Assembly: GCF_006345805.1 (NCBI RefSeq) | Contig: NC_043022.1 | Span: 806,001 to 870,000 of the forward strand | From: Octopus sinensis | Lineage: Eukaryota | Direction: 5' to 3' | DNA: 64,000 bases | Shown here: positions 55,901 through 64,000 of the stretch, in pieces | How the letters are laid out: every line of letters begins with the position of its first letter | Numbering within the stretch: the first letter of the stretch is position 1 | Position numbers and translations under genes: made by a program | The notes under the pieces: model-generated | Seen by the model: only the letters and a program-made list of their open reading frames with translations | Told to the model about the DNA's origin: nothing | Databases searched by the model: none

Positions 55901-58900
55901 CAGAAACAATTATTTGTGACACCTGACCCTGTCATCTCCCCACCACCCCCCACTAGTGTCATTAGATATTTGTGCTCCTGTGTAGGTGGTCCTGACTCTG
56001 GTCACTTAACGGGGTTAGCCATTTTCCTTCCATCCCTGCACAATATTCATCACACACCCATAAACACACACACCATTTCCATTTGCTCTTTTCAGGACTT
56101 TCAGGGAACCAATTATTAAGGGTCTCAGTAAATGCAGTCTTTACCTTCTTCTAGCTCGGCTGTGTCCACTTTCATCCCAGTGGATCAAATAATCCCTACT
56201 TCTCATGTTTGGAAGATATATGCAAAGATGTATTACAACAACCTGTCTGAAACTAGTCAGACAGTTTGGTTGTCATTGGTCAGGCAGCAGAAAAGGAAGA
56301 AAGACTTTTAGCTGTCTTGAAGAAAATACTAAGAAATTTCCTGATGAAAAAAAACAGAAACACTAATCTTTCAGTCTCCTTGAAATTGTGATGGATTTTT
56401 ATGATTTATTATTATTATTATTATTATTATTAATAAATAATTAATAAGAATTTAAAACATTCCAAAAAATTTATGTTAAAACCCTTTTTTTTTTTTTTTT
56501 TTGCTTTTACTACTTTTGGCAAGCAGCATGGCATAGGGAGTAAAACCCTTGGCAAAAACGAGTCTCTGGCCCTCAGATCAAACTCTTGGTCACATCATAA
56601 CGATTTCACCAACTTCACTGGTAGCCAGTCTCTCGCCACCACTTACGTCCCTGATCACCCGTTGATGGATAACACCGATCTCAACACATCAACGCTGTCG
56701 ACTGTTAAGCTACTTCTTACGTTCATTGCAGAGTTTGCTGGGGAACGAGATAGGAAAGGGTCCCTTTTTTTTTTTTTTTTTTGTCGAGCTGAGTGAGATT
56801 GACTTAACTGTGTTTATAAGGGGGCAAAAAGAGTAGATACCTGGTCTTTCTAGGGGGGAGAGGATTTTTATGATAGACTAGCATCCCGCACCAAGGAGGT
56901 GACCTGGCAGATATTTCCATCTATTAATTAATGATAATAATAATTACACCAGTAATTAAACACCAGTTCGTATGCATTCCTGTGATTTTTGTGAAATGAT
57001 TAGCTGAAGAGTATCGTGGTAGGAACCTTAAAATTTGTCTCAACACAAAAAGAAGAAAAAAATTTTAATTTACTTGGAAGGAAAAGAAAATATTTTTTTA
57101 AATATTTTTTCTTTTTAATTTTGACAAAAATGAAATAAAAATAATTATATGAAATTATTAGAAAGAGAGAGGAAGAAAGAAAGAGTGCCAGAGAAAAATA
57201 GAGAGAAAGAGAGAGAGGCAGCAAATGGCTAAATTCTGTTTTTCAAGAAATATTCTTTAACATCCTTAAAACCATTATTGATATTTTTGTGAGTGTGTGT
57301 GTGTGTGTGTCTTCTGTAGAATAAATGGTAGATCTTTTTGTTATGGTATGATGCCATTGCCAAAGCAGTGTGACTACAAAATGTTTTATTTCATTTCAAT
57401 TCAATTCAGTAACAATTTGTAATTTATTAAAATATTTATTGTCCGTGACAAAAAGTTTTTATTTATTTTTTAACTCTTCCCCCAACCAAAGTTTTTTTTT
57501 TTTCTTAATCAGAAATTATTGGTGGAGATCTCGAGATGTGTTGCTCTTTGACACTCTCTTCTCTACGAAATAGCGCCCAATAATAATAATAATGTCATCA
57601 GTTCCACATCCCTCCCTCATCCCCCATCCCATCCCCCCTGCCTTGTAAATATTTACTAGGGTCAATGTTTAAATTTTAACTAATATGTTTGCGACATGTG
57701 TGTCTATATGTGGGGGGGGGGCTTAGTCTTTTGAGATTTGTGAATTGATTTCTGGAAATGAGTGCAGGGGGTGGAGTAACAACAACCGATGTAAAACAAC
57801 TATAAATCGAAAATATACAAAGCAGAGTATTGGAGACGGTGAGAGAGGTCGAAAGACGGATAGATGCACACACACACACATTGCTAAATTCTTTGATGTC
57901 TTTCACATAAGGGAAAGAGATGTGAGATGGGTGGATGGGAGTCAAGTGTTGTTGGTTTTTTTAAAACATGAACTGTTCTATCATAATGATGATGATGATG
58001 GGGGGGTGCGGATGACCACTGCCACCCCCAGAAACATTGATGGACTGTTTGGTTCAATCACCCATTTGTGCAGATCTAACAAGGTGCTTGCTCTGCCCTC
58101 TCTCTCTCTCTCTCTCTCATCAATGATGATGACAATGTTGTCAATGTGGTGGAGGAGGGGAGGACCTGGGTTCCCATCAGCCCCTTAGCCTGCTTGAAAT
58201 CTCATCCTACTGTCTTTAGAAACAGAAAAATGTTCTTTTAATTAAAACGAAAGTTTGGAAGAACATGTTAGTTAATGTCGTCTTAGACATGCCTGGACAA
58301 AGACAGGATGGTCACATTTGGAATACATTTTGATCATAGATCTTGCACAATGGGGGTGAGCTGGTGGAAGTGGGTTAACAAGAACAATGCCCTCACCTAA
58401 CAAAACCATTGCACGTTCTGTATACATTCATACATACACATCCAGGAATCTTTAGAATCAAGCTTTCATCTCAATCTTTTCATCCCTTCCTCCTCCTCCT
58501 CCTCCTCCTCCTTGTTTTAGAAACTTCTTTATTCAATAATAGATTGCTTTTCTTCCTTTACTCATTTCTATTTATTTCCTTTCAGACCCCTGGGTGGGAG
58601 ATGGCAGGCATTAGGGTCAGTAGAGCTCCAAGACTGTTTTCACCTTATTGAGTTCTGTCTTACTACAGTGTTCTGAGCCAAAGAGGGGCAAAAATAAAAA
58701 TGGAAAGGATTAGTTAGGACCCTTATGGGGGGAGGGATAGATACAAAGTACACCACAACATGGTATTGGATCACATCCCTTAAAGTTCTAAGTTCAAATC
58801 CAGCCTATGTCACCAAACTGCAAGTGCTGATGCTAATATAATCAGCAATTATCCTTTGAGGGCACTTTTGCCTCCAGTAGGGGCACAGTCCATTGACTGG

Positions 58901-58919
58901 TACTAAACCTGTAAAAGAG

Positions 58920-59260
58920 CATATAAGAATGAACCAGGAACAGGTGGGGTGTGCTGGGGTGAGGTTTTAAACTTTAACTAATTATTGGCTCTTTTGCTTT
59001 TGTTGGTGGTTCCAGCCATACTGTAGCACTTTTGTACGGCCACAAATCCAGTAATTATCAAGGATGCAGGATTTGTGTGGAGCACATGAGCAGCCAAAGG
59101 GCCAAAGGGCCTCATCTGCCTGGGTCTGATGGGGTGTCTGTGGAAGACCTTCTTCCGGGGGCAATTCCATGACATTCTAATTAACCTGTAACTAGGACCC
59201 TGGTAGGTGCTACTACACTGGGTCAGAATAGATTGAGGGACAATAGTGGCTAAGAAGGGC
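58920..59260 (-). mobile_element. Decayed LINE reverse-transcriptase C-terminal fragment (CR1/L2/Jockey-like)
   Basis: Minus-strand MSWNC and ADEALWPFGCSCAPH...NYWICGRTKVLQYGWNHQQK...LVKV resemble the LSW...HI...A...LG.L.R...LY...VRP.LEY...W.P...LEKVQ pattern. Confidence 0.45.
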
Positions 59261-60367
59261 AGAGTTTCCATATATATATATGTTTGTTTTTTTTATGATT
59301 AGCTATAATTATTTTACATTAATCTGATGGGTTACTCTATACTTTTGAAGAGTACAAATTTATTATTCTTGTACAAGAATGTTGTTGACAGTGACTTTGA
59401 AGTTTCAGTCACCTAAGCCATTGTCAGACTATCAATAATCTGTATATAAATGTGTGTATGAATGCACTCTATATTAGAAATCTATGTAATATCCTATCTG
59501 GATATTGCACAGACCAAGATCTCCAGTGACAGGCCCCTACTGGTGGTATATGGTAACCTAAGCTACTTAGGGGTTAGGGACTTTGGTTAGGTCGGTTTCA
59601 AGTTCTGATATTACAATGTTTTTTACAACATCTCTATGATATATATATACATACATGTGTGTGTGTGTGTGTATATCTGCACAAAACACACACATTTTAT
59701 TTAATGATAGTGAAGTTACCTACCGTGTGGATTAGCTAATCACCTTCACTTAACAAGAAAAAGAGGAATGGCAAACACATTACATATACAGATGCATATA
59801 TATATATATATAAGTATATACGCATATATGTATGTATATACACACACACACACCTGTGTGAATAGGTAGGTGGAGGTGGGTTAGCTGTTTACTCGAAACA
59901 AACATGTTGATACGGAGTTATTTGCATTTGGATTTGATAGCGAGTGTGGGGTGGAGGTGTTAAGAGAACGACCACCATCACGGAGTTAGGAGACAACATA
60001 TTTCATGATTTATTTGTACAAGGAGGGGAGGGGCGAGGAGGACCAAACAAACACATCTTCTCCACATGATTCAACAAAATTTCATTGGATTTCCTCCCCA
60101 TTTTTTTCTTTATTATTATTATTATTTTGTAATTTATATTTTTCATTTAATTAGAGTTTCTGTTGACACTTGGAAATGTATTTTCAGTTTTTTTTTTTTT
60201 TAATTATTTTCTAAAAAAAAAAAAAAGGAAAGAAAATTTTTATCTGTTGTTGTTGTTGTTAAAGTTATTGTTAATTGCTTTGAAAAAAAAAAGTTAAGAA
60301 AAAAAAACAAGCATAAAATAATTAATGAAAAGTTGATGTTTTTTGTTTATTGTTTTTTTTTTTCTTA

Positions 60368-60373
60368 AATAAA
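60368..60373 (+). terminator. Candidate distal poly(A) signal
   Basis: AATAAA at the end of an A/T-run-rich, UTR-like block (59880-60380). Confidence 0.25.
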
Positions 60374-60680
60374 ACAATACACAAGAGAGTTGCTTTCTAA
60401 TTCCATGACAAACCGATTCATTTACGAGATCTGCTTTCTGCCCACCCCTAACCCCTAATTTTAACCTACTTTCCCTTTTCTTATCCCACCACCCACCCCA
60501 AGTCTCTTCCTTTTATCCTGAATAATTACCAAAAGCTTATTGTCTACATTCACTTCATTCAACACACCCTCATATGCATGTGTGTATATGTATACATATT
60601 GAACAGTTGGTCAGACCACTGTTCAATGTATCTATAGGGAGTTAAAAGGGGCTGAGATCACTGACTTTGTTAAGTCATCT

Positions 60681-60699
<19 letters not shown>

Positions 60700-60753
<54 letters not shown>

Positions 60754-61335
60754 GCACACACAGCTTAGTAGTGGTCATCAAAGTCTTTAATTACAGATCT
60801 ACTTAGGTAGGAGCCAATCAGAGTGCAGCTTTACTATATGGTTACATGATCTCCTAAAAAGAGCAGCCAAATTCCTTCTTGAATAACACTTGTTTATTAA
60901 GGGATCAACAAGTTGTTTTGCCTGATAAACAGAAGATAACTCAATTTAGCACTTAATAGACTTAATTTATACATTCTGACCAGAATAGTAGTAATAAAGG
61001 CTGCTTCCTTGGTGCACAAAGCAAAGCAGTTCACACATGAGTAAGCCAGGTGGAAGCTAAACAAGTTTGATGAGAATAAACTGATCCACTTTGCTGAGTG
61101 ATTTTGAAACTAATTGTAACATGAGCTAAATAGAATAAGTCCTGGGGTCGATTTGCTCGACTAAAGGTGGTGCTCCAGCATGGCCGCAGTCAAATGACTG
61201 AAACAAGTAAAAGAGTAAAAATGTTTACAGTTGGGATATGACTTTCTTTCCTTAAAAGAGGGAAAAAAACAGCTGTCTCTGTCAGGTAATGTTTCTCGGT
61301 ATTTCTGCATATATGTATATGTATGTGTGTGTATG

Positions 61336-61407
<72 letters not shown>

Positions 61408-61977
61408 GCACACACAGCTTAGTAGAGGTCATCAAAGTCTTTAATTACAGATCTACTTAGGTAGGAGCCAATCAGAGTGCAGCTTTACTATATGGTTACA
61501 TGATCTCCTAAAAAGAGCAGCCAAATTCCTTCTTGAATAACACTTGTTTATTAAGGGATCAACAAGTTGTTTTGCCTGATAAACAGAAGATAACTCAATT
61601 TAGCACTTAATAGACTTAATTTATACATTCTGACCAGAATAGTAGTAATAAAGGCTGCTTCCTTGGTGCACAAAGCAAAGCAGTTCACACATGAGTAAGC
61701 CAGGTGGAAGCTAAACAAGTTTGATGAGAATAAACTGATCCACTTTGCTGAGTGATTTTGAAACTAATTGTAACATGAGCTAAATAGAATAAGTCCTGGG
61801 GTCGATTTGCTCGACTAAAGGTGGTGCTCCAGCATGGCCGCAGTCAAATGACTGAAACAAGTAAAAGAGTAAAAATGTTTACAGTTGGGATATGACTTTC
61901 TTTCCTTAAAAGAGGGAAAAAAACAGCTGTCTCTGTCAGGTAATGTTTCTCGGTATTTCTGCATATATGTATATGTA

Positions 61978-62000
<23 letters not shown>
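60700..62000. repeat. Tandem duplication, unit 654 bp, two copies
   Basis: 60751 onward matches 61405 onward (offset 654); one substitution seen (agtagtggtc vs agtagaggtc); junctions lie in (TA)n(GA)n. Confidence 0.95.
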
Positions 62001-62023
<23 letters not shown>

Positions 62024-64000
62024 TACATACACATATACACAAACTTTTCTGAAGTAATGAATTTCACATTGTTTTGATTTCCCTTCATGTGTCTTCTTGC
62101 TTCTCAATTTTTTTACACAAGAGGAACCAACGACATACTGTCAAATGTAGTTCAGGTATATGCCTCTGTGTGTGTGTGTGAGAAGACATTAGTTGTGCCG
62201 ATGTCCACGTGTAGTTGCTTGAAAATCATTCCCTTATTTTGTTGGTTTTTAAAACCACAAACTGCATCACTTGTGCTTATTTTCTTCTGTACTACAGATC
62301 TTGATTGGTAGGTGTTATTGGCATGCACACACACACACATATATAGTTAGCTAAGACACTCATTCAGATATTGAGTCACAGGCATTGCTAAGGGGTGGAG
62401 AAGACCATGTTTCACTACGAGTTTGAGTCTTTCTATTTTTGTACCTTCAACACTTGCTAAAAATTAACGATAATTAAGCGTTAGCCATGTTCCAGCCATA
62501 TTCTATCTTCGCTCAATGTGTGTAAACAAACACATGCACACACAGACTTTATAAAATTTATATATGTATATATCTATAAATACAATATATATATATATTA
62601 TACCTGCTTACACACAAAAGTATAAATTATGTAATGTATATATTTTGTGTGTGTGTGTATTATATATATAATGTATAAATATAAAAGTTTATGTATAGAA
62701 AAACTATAAGGGAAGGGATTGTTTCCACTTCATTATGGAACTAATTCTTCTGTGTCACAAATTCTAATGCCCCCGGGGCCCTGATGGTGGTGGGGTAGGG
62801 CAGTGTAAACGTAAACTACACAATTTTCCTTCCGCTCAACATAAATCTGAAGTTTCTTATCTTTGTAAAACAAAATATGATTATTATTATTATTATTATG
62901 ATAAACGTTTATTTCTGTTGTTGTTTTTATTTTGCTTTCATCTGCCGTGTTTAATCAAACTTAAACTATCATCACCCTTTTGTATATATGGATGTATGTG
63001 TATATGCAGTTCTGTTCTATATATATATACAAGGGTGGGCAAAAGTAAGCATACAGTTGCTTAATTGGAGTGGGATGTTCTTTGCCTTCTTATTCTAAAA
63101 AAGAAATAGAGAAGTGAAAAGAACATTCCATTGATATTTTCAAGCAACTGTAGACCTACTTTTGCCCACACCTGTGTGTGTGTATTATGTGTATATATGT
63201 ATGCATATATGAAACTGTCACCACTTTCACTCCAGCTTGTTAAAGATTTTATTTTAGAGCAAATTAGGGAAAAAGAATGTCTTTCAAACCATCAACCAAT
63301 CCAACTTATGAAAGCAAATGGTGGTGGTCATTTGGACTGTTTGGTTTTGGGGGTTTGTGTGTGTGCGTGTGTGCCTACATTAGAAAGAAATATTTTCATT
63401 ATTAAAGCAACAAGCTGACTGAATCATTAACACAAGACAAAATGCTTAGCAGCATCTGAGTTCAAATCCCGCAAGGATTGGTAAAATGAAGTACTTGTGT
63501 TGTGACTAAAACTCCTTCCCTCAAAAGGCTGGTCTTGTGCCAAAATTAAAAAGAACCATTATTATTATTATTATTATTATCACCTGATAATGTAAATTCC
63601 CAGATAGTTCATTTTCAATCTGATCAAACTCGTTAGCAGTCAGACGACTCTCGTCAAGTGCTTATCTATTTACATTCTTTTCTATTATTAATCTTGTAGC
63701 TTCAAGATTTCAATGATGTGATTGTTTATTTTCAGAATAACATTGTAGGATAGGTGTGAGAGGCCAAATCTGGATGGTTTGAGCAGAACCCAGCAAGAAG
63801 ATCTGGGCCAGTTTAATAGCCAAACTGTGAAATGATGTAAATAAATGCATATAAAGGGGCAAAAATCACACATTTCTCTTCAGGTCCATAACGATACTAG
63901 TATGGCACAGTAAGTGATTGAGGGGAAATTAAGGTTTTTCTTAAAAAGAGGGGGGACAACAGTAATTTGTATATACACTTGTGCTATAGTTGTTACTGCT

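Noticed and set aside
56782-56796. C-terminal CRAE as a CaaX prenylation motif
   Set aside because: Arg at a1 and terminal Glu do not fit canonical CaaX, and the segment follows a poly-T run.
57745-58188. 147-aa plus-strand ORF
   Set aside because: No recognisable domain, interrupted by microsatellite-derived segments, no convincing splice sites.

Overview
AT-rich, microsatellite- and SINE-dense animal genomic DNA. The repeat families and gene content point to a coleoid cephalopod, most likely Octopus; this is inferred from pattern recognition, not a database search. The window holds the last 12 coding exons (8408-51630, + strand) of a GRK2/beta-ARK-family G protein-coupled receptor kinase. 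They encode about 502 aa: kinase domain, AGC C-tail, PH domain and a C-terminus ending HRNSNGS*. All 11 introns are GT-AG and join in frame. The N-terminal/RH exons were not found and must lie upstream. Main finding 1: the 14-kb intron between the kinase-tail exon and the PH exons contains a GC-rich, codon-biased exon-like block (40086/40177-40656). It has a strong-Kozak ATG at 40206 and a phase-1 AAG|GTAATA donor in frame with the PH exons. It could yield a kinase-less PH-domain protein (a natural betaARKct-like Gbetagamma scavenger), a 160-aa cassette insertion, or a PH-less kinase. Main finding 2: at least 12 minimal type I hammerhead-ribozyme motifs at 10 loci, in Penelope-like repeat remnants, several with a recurrent U4C core variant. 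The rest is SINEs, MITEs (piggyBac-, hAT- and Tc1/mariner-like), decayed mariner and LINE fragments, two near-identical tandem duplications bounded by (TA)n, and one 100-N assembly gap. No tRNA, rRNA or CRISPR features were found.
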